A stretch of 64,000 nt of DNA, from NCBI GenBank assembly GCA_938045545.1, contig CALIBN010000008.1, forward strand, positions 1 through 64,000. The letters run 5' to 3'. The notes under the pieces are model-generated. The model was not told where the DNA came from and did no database searches. It saw only the letters and a program-made list of their open reading frames with translations. Of the stretch, positions 18,390-29,253 are shown one piece after another. The position numbers were made by a program, and so were the translations under genes. How positions within the stretch are numbered: the first letter of the stretch is position 1; every line of letters begins with the position of its first letter. The DNA comes from an uncultured archaeon (GTDB lineage Archaea > Thermoproteota > EX4484-205 > JAAOZP01).

Positions 18390-21300
18390 TTGACTGTAAC
18401 GGTTAGGGCATTGTTGCTTCTAACACTATTCTCGTTAATGCTCGTCTCCGCCACGCCTGTCTTCGCCTCCCCAGGGATCAAGCCTGATGCTCTTCCAGCC
18501 GGGCTGGTTGGCAAGTTCTACCAGGTTATTCTAAGATGGGAGGGACACCAGCAGCCTCCCCCGATCACCTGGTTCCTAGTGTCCGGCAGTCTTCCGCCCG
18601 GGCTCCGCCTGGAAACGCTTGCAGACGGTTCCGGCTACATATATGGGACGCCGACTCAAGGAGGGACATACGAGTTCAGAGTCAGGGCTCAACAGCCGTT
18701 CGGCTTGATAGCGATAATCAAGGAGGAGAAGGATTACACTGTTTCGATAGCTGGCCTAGGGATTCACCCCGAGTCTCTCCCCGAAGCCACTGAGGAGACA
18801 GGTTACGATGCTAAAATCAACGTGGTCGGCGGAACACCCCCGTATGACTGGGGCATAACCGGGTTGCCTCCAGGCTTACGATGGAGTTATCTTGACTTAA
18901 GAGACAAAGAGGTGGTGGCGATACACGGTTCCCCGGAAGCCGGCTCCGCTGGAAACTACTCGGTCACTGTGACTGTCCGCGACAATAAGGGCAATGTAAT
19001 TTCAAGAACATACGTTCTAACGGTTAAGGAGCCCCCCTGGGATTACAGCGTCACGATAACTCGTCTAACCTCTGAAGGAGAGTCTTCCCGCGCCACAGTG
19101 TATATAGATGAGCTGATAATAGCGCCGGGAACCCTGCCTGTAGACTTCTCCACCGGAAAGCCCTATTTAGCTGAAGATGTTTTCGAAGTCAGGCTCCACC
19201 GTACCTCGGGAAGAGGAGACAAGCATGTTGAGCTTTTCCTCTCCATTCCGGAAACAACTCCACCTGGAGTAACCGTGGAGATGGAGTCTCCCTGGAGGGG
19301 AGAGTTCGGCGGCATGGATCTTGTGAGAAGAATATCCGTAAAGGTTGACAAGAGATACCTGTCGCTTCACGAGAGTTTCACCACAAAGGATGTGCCGAGA
19401 AACCTTGTTGTTAAAGTCGCAGGGGTGAGGAACGAGACTCACCCGCTCACAGTGACCATTAAAGGCCTTAAGATAGATGTTTACTTCGGGTACCCGAAGC
19501 CCTGGCAGGCTGAGCCGATCCAGGTGGTGGAGAGCTACGACGTGAAAGAAAGCCTTGTTGAGCGTAAATCCACTGTTTTCAAGACCCAGGTGTGGGTAGT
19601 GTGCAGCAGGACCCCGCGAGTGGACGTCAGCTTCAAGGTGGCGCTGGAACTGCCTTTTGAAGACTGGGATTGGGACATTCCGGACTGGAGTTCAGGAACT
19701 AATGGGCTCTCCTATGTTACAGTAAGCATTCCTAGGGCCGAGATCGTTCTGCCTTCAGGCGCCTCCTGGACAACCCCGGTTTCCCGCACCATCTATATTC
19801 CCAAAGTACACTCTCAAGCAGTGTTTGAATACTTCTACATTTCGTTCCCATTGTCCATGCCGCGGCCCAGGCTCACGCCAAGCCGAACCGTCAGGTATAA
19901 GCTTTATGTGGATGCTGGAGCAGACATATCTGAGTGGAACGAGAATAACAATCTGTACGAAGGAACATGGCCGGTTGTCCGGACCCGCCGGCTCCACCTG
20001 CTTTTCGTACCATGGGTTAACGATGACGAGGAGCTTCACGCAGCAATAGGGCTTTTCCCAAATGTCCCCCCATATGCACCCTATCGATTGGGTGACTATT
20101 TCTACAATGGGAGCGGCCTCTGGGGAGAATGGACGCCGAATGTCTGCGTTAAGTTCCCCGTCAGCACGTCAGATTTCACAAACATCACTGAGGCCTACAG
20201 GATTAAAGCCAGGGCTCTAGCGGAATACGTGCAGGCCACTTACCCTATAGCGGAGTTGGAGCTAACATATTCCGTGAGGCCCGTCTGGATTGACTTGGAG
20301 GCGCCAGGCCTGCCCATAATAATATTGAAAAACAGGGATCACGGGAGGGTTCTGAGGGAGGTCGCTAGACTGGCTAGGATATATGGCTACGATGCCGGCG
20401 TGGCGATGAGGATATGCGGCTCAGGAGGACAGTCGCGGGGAGTCAAATGGGCGGTTTTCACAGATGTTTTCGCGCCAGTGACTACGCTTGCGCATGAGCT
20501 GTACCATCTTTTAGGCCCAATGAATTACGATGATTATGATCAGCATCCTGCGGACGCTGGGTACTGGGTTAACAAGGGTCAGGTAAGGGGGCAGGGGGAA
20601 AGCTACTTCATGGCGGGGTTCGGGCTCACGGCTCCCAGCACTCTTCTAGGGGGAACTAATGATGCTGAACGTTCATGGCCTCCCTACTTCGAATGGGCTT
20701 GGGAGAGCAGCCACTGGATTACGTTACAGATGTATAAAAGACTGATGGAGGGATGGTTCAACCCTGAAAACTCTAGGGATCCGCTCGCCATCCTGGTGGG
20801 CGGGGCGGTTTTCAAGAATGGTTCAGCCTTCTTCGAGCCGTTTCTGGTTCAGGAGGCTGAGATAGACCTGCTGCCGGGTTCAGCCGGAGACCACTATATA
20901 GTTTTTCTTGATAAGGAGGGCATGGTGTTGAAACGGTTCGGCTTCAACGCCAGTTTCCTGGTTTTCGACAGTCCCTTGGAGAATCAGGTGGACGAGTCTT
21001 ATTTCAACTACTATCTGGAGGCTGTCGACGGCATCCGAGCAATCGAGTTAACAGACTCGAGTGGGAGAACACTGGCTCGCAGAGAAGTATCTGAGAACCC
21101 TCCGACCCTGCGTCTAAAGTTCCCCTTGGGCGGAGAAAGGCTGACAAACCTGCGGAGCAGTAAGACTTGGATAAGCTGGGAGGCAAGCGATCCAGACGGG
21201 GACACGCTGTACTACTATGTGGCTATCAGCCCGGACAACGGTACAACATGGCTTCCCCTGGAGGTTGACTACACGGATACGAGCCTCGGGTTCGGCGCAT

Positions 21301-21755
21301 GGTGTTTCGAGCCCGGAGACAAGTACCTGGTCAACGTTAAAGTGTCCGACGGCTTCAACACCATGGAGGTTTTATCGAAGCCGTTCAGCATAGGCCCCTA
21401 TGTTGAGCTTAAAATATTATCGGAGATCGGGGGAGTCAACGGGTCCGGGTGGTATCTGAAGGGTGAGGAAGCAACCTTCAACGTGCTCTTCACAAAGAAG
21501 ACTATGGATGGGCTTCTAGGGCTGCTGGGAGGCTACTACGAGTTCACAGGCTGGGGTGGAGACCTTGTGTCAAAGGAGACGCGAGTCGCAGTCACGATGG
21601 ACAGTGACAAAACGGTAAAAGCCATGTTCCGGGCAGACTATACAATGCCGTTAATATACGTAGCGATACTGGTCACCATACTGTTTCTCACAGTATTCAT
21701 CATAGCGCGCGTGCTTAAGGCAAGAAGACCATTGCCTCCGCCTCCGGTTGAATAG
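18390..21755 (+). CDS. Secreted, membrane-anchored protein with two putative Ig domains and an HExxH metallopeptidase-like domain
   Basis: Signal peptide; GSLPPGL..GTPT..GTY.F.V repeats; LAHELYHLLG; WEASDPDGD; C-terminal TM. Confidence 0.8.
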   Translation: MTVTVRALLLLTLFSLMLVSATPVFASPGIKPDALPAGLVGKFYQVILRWEGHQQPPPITWFLVSGSLPPGLRLETLADGSGYIYGTPTQGGTYEFRVRAQQPFGLIAIIKEEKDYTVSIAGLGIHPESLPEATEETGYDAKINVVGGTPPYDWGITGLPPGLRWSYLDLRDKEVVAIHGSPEAGSAGNYSVTVTVRDNKGNVISRTYVLTVKEPPWDYSVTITRLTSEGESSRATVYIDELIIAPGTLPVDFSTGKPYLAEDVFEVRLHRTSGRGDKHVELFLSIPETTPPGVTVEMESPWRGEFGGMDLVRRISVKVDKRYLSLHESFTTKDVPRNLVVKVAGVRNETHPLTVTIKGLKIDVYFGYPKPWQAEPIQVVESYDVKESLVERKSTVFKTQVWVVCSRTPRVDVSFKVALELPFEDWDWDIPDWSSGTNGLSYVTVSIPRAEIVLPSGASWTTPVSRTIYIPKVHSQAVFEYFYISFPLSMPRPRLTPSRTVRYKLYVDAGADISEWNENNNLYEGTWPVVRTRRLHLLFVPWVNDDEELHAAIGLFPNVPPYAPYRLGDYFYNGSGLWGEWTPNVCVKFPVSTSDFTNITEAYRIKARALAEYVQATYPIAELELTYSVRPVWIDLEAPGLPIIILKNRDHGRVLREVARLARIYGYDAGVAMRICGSGGQSRGVKWAVFTDVFAPVTTLAHELYHLLGPMNYDDYDQHPADAGYWVNKGQVRGQGESYFMAGFGLTAPSTLLGGTNDAERSWPPYFEWAWESSHWITLQMYKRLMEGWFNPENSRDPLAILVGGAVFKNGSAFFEPFLVQEAEIDLLPGSAGDHYIVFLDKEGMVLKRFGFNASFLVFDSPLENQVDESYFNYYLEAVDGIRAIELTDSSGRTLARREVSENPPTLRLKFPLGGERLTNLRSSKTWISWEASDPDGDTLYYYVAISPDNGTTWLPLEVDYTDTSLGFGAWCFEPGDKYLVNVKVSDGFNTMEVLSKPFSIGPYVELKILSEIGGVNGSGWYLKGEEATFNVLFTKKTMDGLLGLLGGYYEFTGWGGDLVSKETRVAVTMDSDKTVKAMFRADYTMPLIYVAILVTILFLTVFIIARVLKARRPLPPPPVE

Positions 21756-22060
21756 CGCACGTTAGGTTGAAGCCTAGTGAGGAGGTTTCTCCCGGTGTTC
21801 ATTTGCTGCTCCTCGCTGTCGCAGGCCCAAAGCCATCAGCATCCTCCAGCACATACTCGCCAGCTATTCTGAAGCTTCTTCTATGAGATGCTTTTTAAAA
21901 CAATAATGCGCGTGCGGAAAACATTATGATGCGCAGCGCAAATATTACAGTTTCCGTAACGTGAACTTAGCAAGATAAAAAGACAGAATTATACGCTCAG
22001 CGATAATCTCTGCACACGCTTGTGATGATCCCGGTTAAACCGGCCCATGTTATAATTTGC

Positions 22061-23509
22061 TCAAACGCTCTTTGGTTTAGGCGTTATTTTAATCGCATAT
22101 GCAGGAGATTCTGGCAGGTCCTTTGGAAGAACAATCGTCAAATCCGTACCTCTTTGCTCCCATTTCAATTGTTCATTAATACTTAAAAGATATGCGTTAG
22201 TATCTTTCTCTGCGTGTAGCGACTTTAACGTGATTTTATCACTTTTCGGTTTATCCAGTATGATGATAAAGAGCGAACTCGCCTTCTGCGTGAAACGCAC
22301 TGGTATGCGATCTTCAGTTACTCCTTCAGCCCTTACCCACGGCCTTGTACCATAGATGGCTTCCCCATTTACGCTAAGCCATTGTCCTAACTCCAATAAA
22401 CGTCTCCGCTGGTGTTCAGGGATTGTCCCATCGGCCATGGGGCCAACACCCAATAAAAGGTTTCCATTTTTGCTAACAACATCCACTAATAAAAAGACAA
22501 GTCTCTTTAGTGAAAGAATATGCTCTTGGCCTTCATTGCGGTTATACCCGAACGAGTAACCGAGCGCCTGCACGCATTCCCACTTGCCTTTTGATATTTT
22601 ATCAAAAGTAGCGTATTCCAGCGTCCTAAAATCATAATGGAGCCCCCCAAGAGAGGAAAACCTTCCCGACATCAGACGCGAGACAACCCTATTCGACATC
22701 AGCCTAACTAGGAAACGGGATATACGACTGTTCATATTAAATTGATAGAAACGATCGTTTATTACGCCATCGGGCACATTATTATAATAGTATGAGAAAA
22801 GATCTAAAAGATTAGATGCAACAGGATATCCAATATCACCCCATACGACCGACGGCTTATAGCGATCTATTAGTTCATGCCAATGATTATCAACATACTC
22901 TGCATATTCTCTGTCCTGTGGAATTGCAGAAAGCAAATCAGCAAGATCTTGTATCACGGTATCGTTAAATGTCCAGTCTAACCCGCCTGAGTAGTATAAA
23001 CCCATTTTCAGTCCGTTGGCTCGCACGGCTTCTGCTAATTCGCCTATGGTGTCCCGTTCAGCAAAATATTTCTCTTTTTTCGGATTAGGGTGCTCGCTGG
23101 GCCATAGAAGAAAGCCATCGTGATGCTTAGCTACGAAAATCACATAACGGGCTCCTGCCTTCTTAAACAAGTCCGCCCAATCTTTAGGGTCCCAACTCTT
23201 AGATGCCTCATTAAAGATCGAAACGAAATTGTCATACGGAAAGTTTTCTCCATATGTATCAACGTGATATCGGTGGGATGGGCTGTTTTTGATCCTAATG
23301 GAATTAAAATACCATTCGGAATAAGGATTTTTGGCAAACCATCTCCTCCAACCCTCCTTTGAAATGACTTCGGAAGGATTGCCTGTAAGTGGCGCCCATC
23401 CGGGGATGGAGTACAATCCCCAATGAATAATGATTCCGAACTTGGCATCTTGAAACCAATCTGGAACTAAATGCTTACGTAAAGATTCAACAGTAGGTTC
23501 GTATCGCAT
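22061..23509 (-). CDS. Alpha-L-fucosidase (GH29)
   Basis: PDWFQDAKFGIIIHWGLYS, AKHHDGFLLW, WGDI, VSKNGNLLLGVGP, NGEAIYGTRPW. Confidence 0.95.
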   Translation of the reverse strand: MRYEPTVESLRKHLVPDWFQDAKFGIIIHWGLYSIPGWAPLTGNPSEVISKEGWRRWFAKNPYSEWYFNSIRIKNSPSHRYHVDTYGENFPYDNFVSIFNEASKSWDPKDWADLFKKAGARYVIFVAKHHDGFLLWPSEHPNPKKEKYFAERDTIGELAEAVRANGLKMGLYYSGGLDWTFNDTVIQDLADLLSAIPQDREYAEYVDNHWHELIDRYKPSVVWGDIGYPVASNLLDLFSYYYNNVPDGVINDRFYQFNMNSRISRFLVRLMSNRVVSRLMSGRFSSLGGLHYDFRTLEYATFDKISKGKWECVQALGYSFGYNRNEGQEHILSLKRLVFLLVDVVSKNGNLLLGVGPMADGTIPEHQRRRLLELGQWLSVNGEAIYGTRPWVRAEGVTEDRIPVRFTQKASSLFIIILDKPKSDKITLKSLHAEKDTNAYLLSINEQLKWEQRGTDLTIVLPKDLPESPAYAIKITPKPKSV

Positions 23510-23666
23510 AATCTAAATACGCTACAATAAAACTTACATTTAAATTTTCTAACCACCTCGCCGAATGCGCACGCTATCGCTGCTGACAGAACAGGCTACG
23601 GGTTCACCCTGGTGTTTTTAACTATCCTATGACTCGTATTCTTAGAAAAATATTGAGGGCTAGGTT

Positions 23667-24788
23667 TCAGTTCTTCTCCACAAGCTTCAGAAACTTCTCA
23701 AAATATATTCTTGCGTCAAGAGGACCCGGTGAAGCCTCAGGGTGGAACTGTACGCCAAACACGGGTTTATCTTCCATTTCAACACCCTCCACCGTCCCGT
23801 CGTTCACGTTCAGGTGTGTAAGCTTCAGCCCGGAGTCTCCAAGGCTCTCCCTGCTGACTGCGAAACCATGGTTCTGGCTCGTTATGAGAACCCTGCCTGT
23901 CTCAAGGTCTATGGAAGGATGGTTCTGGCCTCGGTGGCCGAATTTCAACTTGTAAGTGGTTGCTCCAAGGGCTAGGGAGATCAGCTGGCTTCCCAGACAG
24001 ATTCCGAATACAGGTAGGCCGTATTCGATTAACCCTCTAACTGTTTTGAAAGCGTAGTCGAGGATTGCAGGGTCTCCGGGCCCGTTTGAAATGAGAACAC
24101 CATCCGGCTCAAAACTCATGATTTTCTCCAGGGAAGTATCGTGCGGAACCTGGATTACTTTGAAACCGAGCTGCAGGAGGTTCAGTATAATCGACTTCTT
24201 AACGCCGAAATCTAGCAGAACTATTTTGTAACCGTTCTCTTTAGCAGGAGTGTGCTCTTTAATCTTCCTGGTGGAGACTTCGGCTGCGAGGTTTCTCCTG
24301 TTGGGATCCTGAACCCTCCTGGCTTTCTCCAGGAGCTCGTCGACGTCCACTTTCTCATCATCATAATACACTTTTAAAATCCCTAGCTGAGTCCCCTTTG
24401 CCCTTATCTTCTGGGTCAGCATCCTCGTGTCCACCCTTGAAATACCCGGCACGGATTCCTTCTCCAGCCACTCAGGAAGGGACATCACTGAGGTGCGGTG
24501 GCTGGGTGTTTCTATACACTCTCTGACGACGAAACCCCTGATCTTAGGCCTGTCCGACTCGAAATCCTCAGGGTTAACGCCGTAGTTTCCTATTAGCGGA
24601 TAGGTTTGAATAAGAATCTGCCCCCAGTAGGATGGGTCTGTTATTGACTCCACGTATCCAACCATGCCGGTGTTGAAGACGAACTCGCCGTCAACCTCGC
24701 CTACGGCGCCGAAGCCTTTACCGTGGACAAGCGTCCCGTCTGCAAGAACTATTACAGCCTTCTTACTCTCATACTTGTTTTCAGTCAC
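23667..24788 (-). CDS. carA: Carbamoyl-phosphate synthase small subunit
   Basis: TDPSY.GQI, SNGPGDP, GICLG, QFHPEA. Confidence 0.97.
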   Translation of the reverse strand: MTENKYESKKAVIVLADGTLVHGKGFGAVGEVDGEFVFNTGMVGYVESITDPSYWGQILIQTYPLIGNYGVNPEDFESDRPKIRGFVVRECIETPSHRTSVMSLPEWLEKESVPGISRVDTRMLTQKIRAKGTQLGILKVYYDDEKVDVDELLEKARRVQDPNRRNLAAEVSTRKIKEHTPAKENGYKIVLLDFGVKKSIILNLLQLGFKVIQVPHDTSLEKIMSFEPDGVLISNGPGDPAILDYAFKTVRGLIEYGLPVFGICLGSQLISLALGATTYKLKFGHRGQNHPSIDLETGRVLITSQNHGFAVSRESLGDSGLKLTHLNVNDGTVEGVEMEDKPVFGVQFHPEASPGPLDARIYFEKFLKLVEKN

Positions 24789-24866
24789 AGATTTATTCGA
24801 GGAGGGAAGGTTGCTGTCTCGTCTATTTAAAGGTTATCCGCAAAGAAAATAAGCCTGTGTCAAGCA

Positions 24867-25613
24867 TTGGGAACGATGTTGGAAAGCGTGTTTAGAAGAA
24901 GAATCCTTGAGAAGGCTTTTGAGAAGGAAAGCAGAATAGTGCTGGCTTTCGACGAGCATAACGGCGAGAAGGCTGTTAGCAGGCTGAGCGCGCTGTGTGA
25001 AAGCCTTGGTGAACACGTGGTTGGGATTAAGATAGGTTTGCCAACTATGCTTTCAACCGGCCTAGATGTTCTCAGCGGGCTTGTTAAAAGGTTTAACGAG
25101 GATTACGTGTTCATATCGGACGTTAAAATGGCTGACGTTTCGCATGTGAACAGCCTTACTTCCAAGCTTCTCTACGAGGCGGGTTTCGACGCTGTGATAT
25201 CGCACGGCTTCATAGGCTACGAGGGTGGTTTAGAAGGTGTTTTCAACGAGGCTAAACGGCTTTCGAAAGGAGTGATAATCGTGGTGAGCATGAGCCACGC
25301 TGGCTCAAGGGACTTCATAGACCCTGTTGTAGACAGGCTTGTTAAAACGGCTTTGAAGCACGGGGCGGAGGGGGTTGTTGCCCCAGCCACAAGGCTCAGA
25401 ATAGTTGAGGAGGTGAGGAAGACGGCTGGCAGCAGTCTTCTAATACTGACCCCGGGCGTGGGTGTTCAGGGAGCGCCCTATGGCGCTGGGCTTTCAGCCG
25501 GGGCTGACTTCGAGATAATTGGTAGAAGCATAACTGGTTCCATGAAACCTGTTGAAAAAGCTTTGGAGGTGAAAAGGGAGCATGGAAGAATCCTTGCTCA
25601 GAGAGCTTGTTAA
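24867..25613 (+). CDS. pyrF: Orotidine 5'-phosphate decarboxylase
   Basis: DVKMAD, MSH.G, APAT, TPGVG.QG, GRSI. Confidence 0.93.
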   Translation: MGTMLESVFRRRILEKAFEKESRIVLAFDEHNGEKAVSRLSALCESLGEHVVGIKIGLPTMLSTGLDVLSGLVKRFNEDYVFISDVKMADVSHVNSLTSKLLYEAGFDAVISHGFIGYEGGLEGVFNEAKRLSKGVIIVVSMSHAGSRDFIDPVVDRLVKTALKHGAEGVVAPATRLRIVEEVRKTAGSSLLILTPGVGVQGAPYGAGLSAGADFEIIGRSITGSMKPVEKALEVKREHGRILAQRAC

Positions 25614-26235
25614 AGATATCTACAGGGCAGGCGGGTTTAAAACAGGGGATTTTAAGCTGACTTCAGGGGGTTTAAGCCCCTACTACGTGGATCTGAGGAT
25701 GCTTGTCTCCAGGCCGAGGCTTTTCGAAAGGCTCGTCGACTCCTACATCAGCAGGATGAGGATGATCGGTGAGGGCTTCGACGTCGTGGCGGGTGTTGAA
25801 ACCGCGGGCATACCTATTGCAACCCTGATATCATTCAAGACCAGTATGCCCATGGTTTACGTTAGAAGTGGTGAAAGAATGCATGGGACTGGGAGGCTGG
25901 TTGAGGGTGAGCTTGAACCCGGGAGCAGGGTGGTTATTGTCGACGACGTTTTAACAACTGGCGGAAGCATTATGAGCGCCGTTAAATCGATAAGTGCTTC
26001 AGGAGGAAGAGTAGTTTACGCGCTCGTCTTCCTAGACAGGCTTCAAAACGGTGTTAGAAGGCTCGGCGAAGCAGGGGTTAAGGCTTACTCAGTGGTGGAG
26101 ATAGACTGCTTTCTCAAAATACTTTTCGAGGACAAGCTTATATCAGAGTTGGAGTACGAGAGGATAATGAAATATTTGGAGGGTTTTCGAAATGTGGAGA
26201 AACAGGGACCTGGTAGACTTAACCGAGTTCACTAG
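25582..26235 (+). CDS. pyrE: Orotate phosphoribosyltransferase
   Basis: FKLTSG..SPYYVDLR, VDDVLTTGGS. Confidence 0.95.
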   Translation: MEESLLRELVKDIYRAGGFKTGDFKLTSGGLSPYYVDLRMLVSRPRLFERLVDSYISRMRMIGEGFDVVAGVETAGIPIATLISFKTSMPMVYVRSGERMHGTGRLVEGELEPGSRVVIVDDVLTTGGSIMSAVKSISASGGRVVYALVFLDRLQNGVRRLGEAGVKAYSVVEIDCFLKILFEDKLISELEYERIMKYLEGFRNVEKQGPGRLNRVH

Positions 26236-27136
26236 GAGAGACTTTGAGGCCCTGTTTAAGCAGGCGGATGTCTTCTTGGAGGCTGGGCTGGCGCCGACGA
26301 AGATGCTTGAGGGAAAGATCATGGCTGCAGCCTTCTTCGAGCCGAGCACCAGGACTAGGCTCAGCTTCGAGTCGGCGATGCATAGGCTCGGAGGATCCGT
26401 GTTAGGGTTCTCCTCAGCCGAGGGCACATCCGTCGAGAAGGGTGAGAGCACTGAGGACACTATTAGGATGCTTGACAACTATAGCGACGTGATAGTTGTT
26501 AGGCACCGCGAAGACGGTGTGATGCGTAGGCTTGCCCAGCTCGCTAAAAAACCGCTGATAAACGCTGGCGAGGGGCAGAGCCGCCATCCTACTCAGGCGC
26601 TCATCGACATCTACACTGTTCTAAAGGAGAAGGGCATGGTTGAAGGGTTGAACTATGGCGTGATGGGCGACGTTAAGCATGCTAGGGCTGCTAAGGATTT
26701 CATAAGGGGTTTAAGCCTGTTCGGTGTTAAAGAGGTTAACCTAGTGACGCCGAAGGAGCTTATGCCTGAGGAGGCTTTCGTTAAAGAGATGAATAATAAG
26801 GGTGTCAGGCTAAACCATTACGAGAGGATTGAGGACTTGATAAGCATGCTCGACATTCTTTACGTCGTCAGGCTTCAGGTTGAAAGGTTCAGCGATAGGA
26901 GTGAGGCTGAGATGCTGAAGGGGAGCTACTCGATAACCTTGAAAACGCTTGAGCGGGCGAACAGGGGGCTAAGGATTCTCCATCCTCTTCCAAGAGTCTG
27001 GGAGCTTTCAGGCGAGGTCGACGGCACGCCTTACGCTGCATATTTTAAACAGGTTTACTACAGCATACCCGTGAGAATGGCTGTTCTGAGCCTAATACTC
27101 ACGGACGTGGAGATGATTCGAGAGGGCTTGATTTAG
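26192..27136 (+). CDS. pyrB: Aspartate carbamoyltransferase catalytic subunit
   Basis: FFEPSTRTRLSFE, HPTQAL, HPLPR. Confidence 0.96.
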   Translation: MWRNRDLVDLTEFTRRDFEALFKQADVFLEAGLAPTKMLEGKIMAAAFFEPSTRTRLSFESAMHRLGGSVLGFSSAEGTSVEKGESTEDTIRMLDNYSDVIVVRHREDGVMRRLAQLAKKPLINAGEGQSRHPTQALIDIYTVLKEKGMVEGLNYGVMGDVKHARAAKDFIRGLSLFGVKEVNLVTPKELMPEEAFVKEMNNKGVRLNHYERIEDLISMLDILYVVRLQVERFSDRSEAEMLKGSYSITLKTLERANRGLRILHPLPRVWELSGEVDGTPYAAYFKQVYYSIPVRMAVLSLILTDVEMIREGLI

Positions 27137-27139
27137 CGC

Positions 27140-27949
27140 ATGAACGCTTCCCACTACTATTTAGAGGCTACCGTTGCCTCCAACATCAGTGAGACGAGCA
27201 GGGTTAACACGCTGGTCCTCAGGCTTAGCGAAGAACTGAAAATAGCGCCTGGACAGTTCCTAATGGTTTGGAGGCCTGGAGACGGGGAGATACCGATAAC
27301 GCCGTCGCTTACCATGGGTGAGACGCTCTGTCTCACGATAGAGAAGGTGGGCTTCACTTCCAGCAGGCTAGCGTCGCTAAAGCCTGGTGAAAAGGTTTTC
27401 CTAAGGGGCCCCTATGGCAATGGCTTTAACCTTAGCCTCCCTGGAAGATACTTGCTCATCGGGGGAGGAACCGGCGCAGCGTCTCTGACACCATCCTACC
27501 TGAGCCTTGTCAGAAGGGGTGTTGAAACCCTTTTCCTAGTCGGGGCCAGGAATAGGGAGAGCCTCGTATACGTGCGTAGGCTGAGGGAGCTTGGAGCAGG
27601 GTTCCAAGTGGCTACTGACGATGGGAGCGAGGGCTTCAAGGGAACCCTGCCGGAGTTTTTCATGGAAGTGTCTTCAAGAAACCGTTTCGAAAACGTTCTT
27701 ACAATCGGGCCTGAGAGGATGATGGTTAAGATAGCTGAGAAGTGTGTTGAACAGGGTGTTTCCTGCCAGGTTTCACTGGTTAGGATTGTTAGATGCGGGC
27801 TGGGGGTGTGCGGGTCATGCGTGCTCGACCCTCTTGGGCTGCGGGTCTGCGTAGACGGGCCGGTTTTCCACGGTGAGAAAATCCTGGGCTCCGACTTCGG
27901 AAGATTCATGAGAGACGAGGCTGGCAGGAGGGTTGAAGTCGTTCAATGA
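27140..27949 (+). CDS. pyrK: Dihydroorotate dehydrogenase electron-transfer subunit
   Basis: RGPYGNGF, TDDGS.G, CGLGVCGSC...VC.DGPVF. Confidence 0.93.
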   Translation: MNASHYYLEATVASNISETSRVNTLVLRLSEELKIAPGQFLMVWRPGDGEIPITPSLTMGETLCLTIEKVGFTSSRLASLKPGEKVFLRGPYGNGFNLSLPGRYLLIGGGTGAASLTPSYLSLVRRGVETLFLVGARNRESLVYVRRLRELGAGFQVATDDGSEGFKGTLPEFFMEVSSRNRFENVLTIGPERMMVKIAEKCVEQGVSCQVSLVRIVRCGLGVCGSCVLDPLGLRVCVDGPVFHGEKILGSDFGRFMRDEAGRRVEVVQ

Positions 27950-29253
27950 CGCACTTAGACAGGATTCTAACAGGCAGAATATACTTTGAGGGTGACTTTA
28001 TAGAGGGGTGTGTGGGTGTAAGCGGGGGAGAGATAGTCTTCATCGGCAAGGAGGCTAATGCCCCGTCTTACGATGAGAAGATTGACCTTGGAAGACTGAT
28101 CGTGGTCCCAGGCTTGATAGATATTCACGCGCACCTCAGGGGGATGAGGCTCAAGCATAAAGAGGACTTCCTGACGGGGACATGCGCCGCGGCCGCAGGA
28201 GGGTTCACCCTTGTACTGGACATGCCTAACACGGAGCCTCCTACTAACAACCATCTCAGGATGATGGAGAAGATTGAGGAGGCCAGTGATAAAATAGTTG
28301 TCGACGTCGGGTTCTATTTCGGGAAGCCTGAAAACAGAAGGGAGCTTGAAAGGCTTCTCAACACTGTTGCAATAGGGGTTAAGCTTTATCCTGAGGATTA
28401 CTGTGGAGCCGGCCAGGCTGAATTAGCCGGAATTTTGAAGACCGTTAGAGAATCAGGTAGGAAAATAGTCTTCCATCCAGAGGATCTTTCAGTCATAAAG
28501 GAAAACAGGAGTAAATACCCCGCGCAGTTGAAGGGTGTTGAGAAACACGGCTTCATAAGGCCTCTTGAAGCGGAGCTTTCAGCCCTGGACCTCTTCGGAA
28601 GGCTTTCGGAACCCGGTTCGCACGCTGCTCATTTAACGAGCGTGAAGAGCATTAGGAAGGCTAGGGGGAACGGTTTCACGTTCGACGTGAGCGTGAACCA
28701 TCTGGCTCTTAGTGATGAAGACCTGTCTTCCATGGGAAGCATTTGTAAGGTTAACCCTCCTCTTAGAAGCCCTGAGGAGAGAAGCATGCTGGTTGAGAGC
28801 GTTAACAGAGGGAAGGTTCCGGTGATAGTTACGGACCATGCTCCCCACACGGTTGAGGAGAAGAATGCAACGCTTTACGACGAGGTTCCCTCCGGGATAC
28901 CTGGGTTTGAAACAGCTTTCCCGGTTCTTATAGACATGGTTAACAGGGGTTTTCTGAATCTTCACAGCGTTTTGGAAGCGCTGACAAAGGGTCCTGCCGG
29001 CTTCCTTGGGGACGCTAAGCTGGGAGGCATTGTTGAAGGGAATGTTGCTAACCTGACGGTTTTCGACCCTAAGGAGGAGTGGCGTGTTGAACCTGAGGAT
29101 TTCTACACGAAGGCGAAGCATTCTCCTTTTAAAAACAGGGTTCTCAAGGGCAGGGTTAAAGCAACGCTGGTCAGGGGCGAGTTTGTTTTCCGGGACAACG
29201 AGATATTGGTGTCAAAGGGTTTTGGAAAAATATACGGGTTTAAACGCCCGTAG
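27946..29253 (+). CDS. pyrC: Dihydroorotase
   Basis: DIHAHLR, DMPNT.P, KVNPPLR, TDHAPH. Confidence 0.94.
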   Translation: MTHLDRILTGRIYFEGDFIEGCVGVSGGEIVFIGKEANAPSYDEKIDLGRLIVVPGLIDIHAHLRGMRLKHKEDFLTGTCAAAAGGFTLVLDMPNTEPPTNNHLRMMEKIEEASDKIVVDVGFYFGKPENRRELERLLNTVAIGVKLYPEDYCGAGQAELAGILKTVRESGRKIVFHPEDLSVIKENRSKYPAQLKGVEKHGFIRPLEAELSALDLFGRLSEPGSHAAHLTSVKSIRKARGNGFTFDVSVNHLALSDEDLSSMGSICKVNPPLRSPEERSMLVESVNRGKVPVIVTDHAPHTVEEKNATLYDEVPSGIPGFETAFPVLIDMVNRGFLNLHSVLEALTKGPAGFLGDAKLGGIVEGNVANLTVFDPKEEWRVEPEDFYTKAKHSPFKNRVLKGRVKATLVRGEFVFRDNEILVSKGFGKIYGFKRP

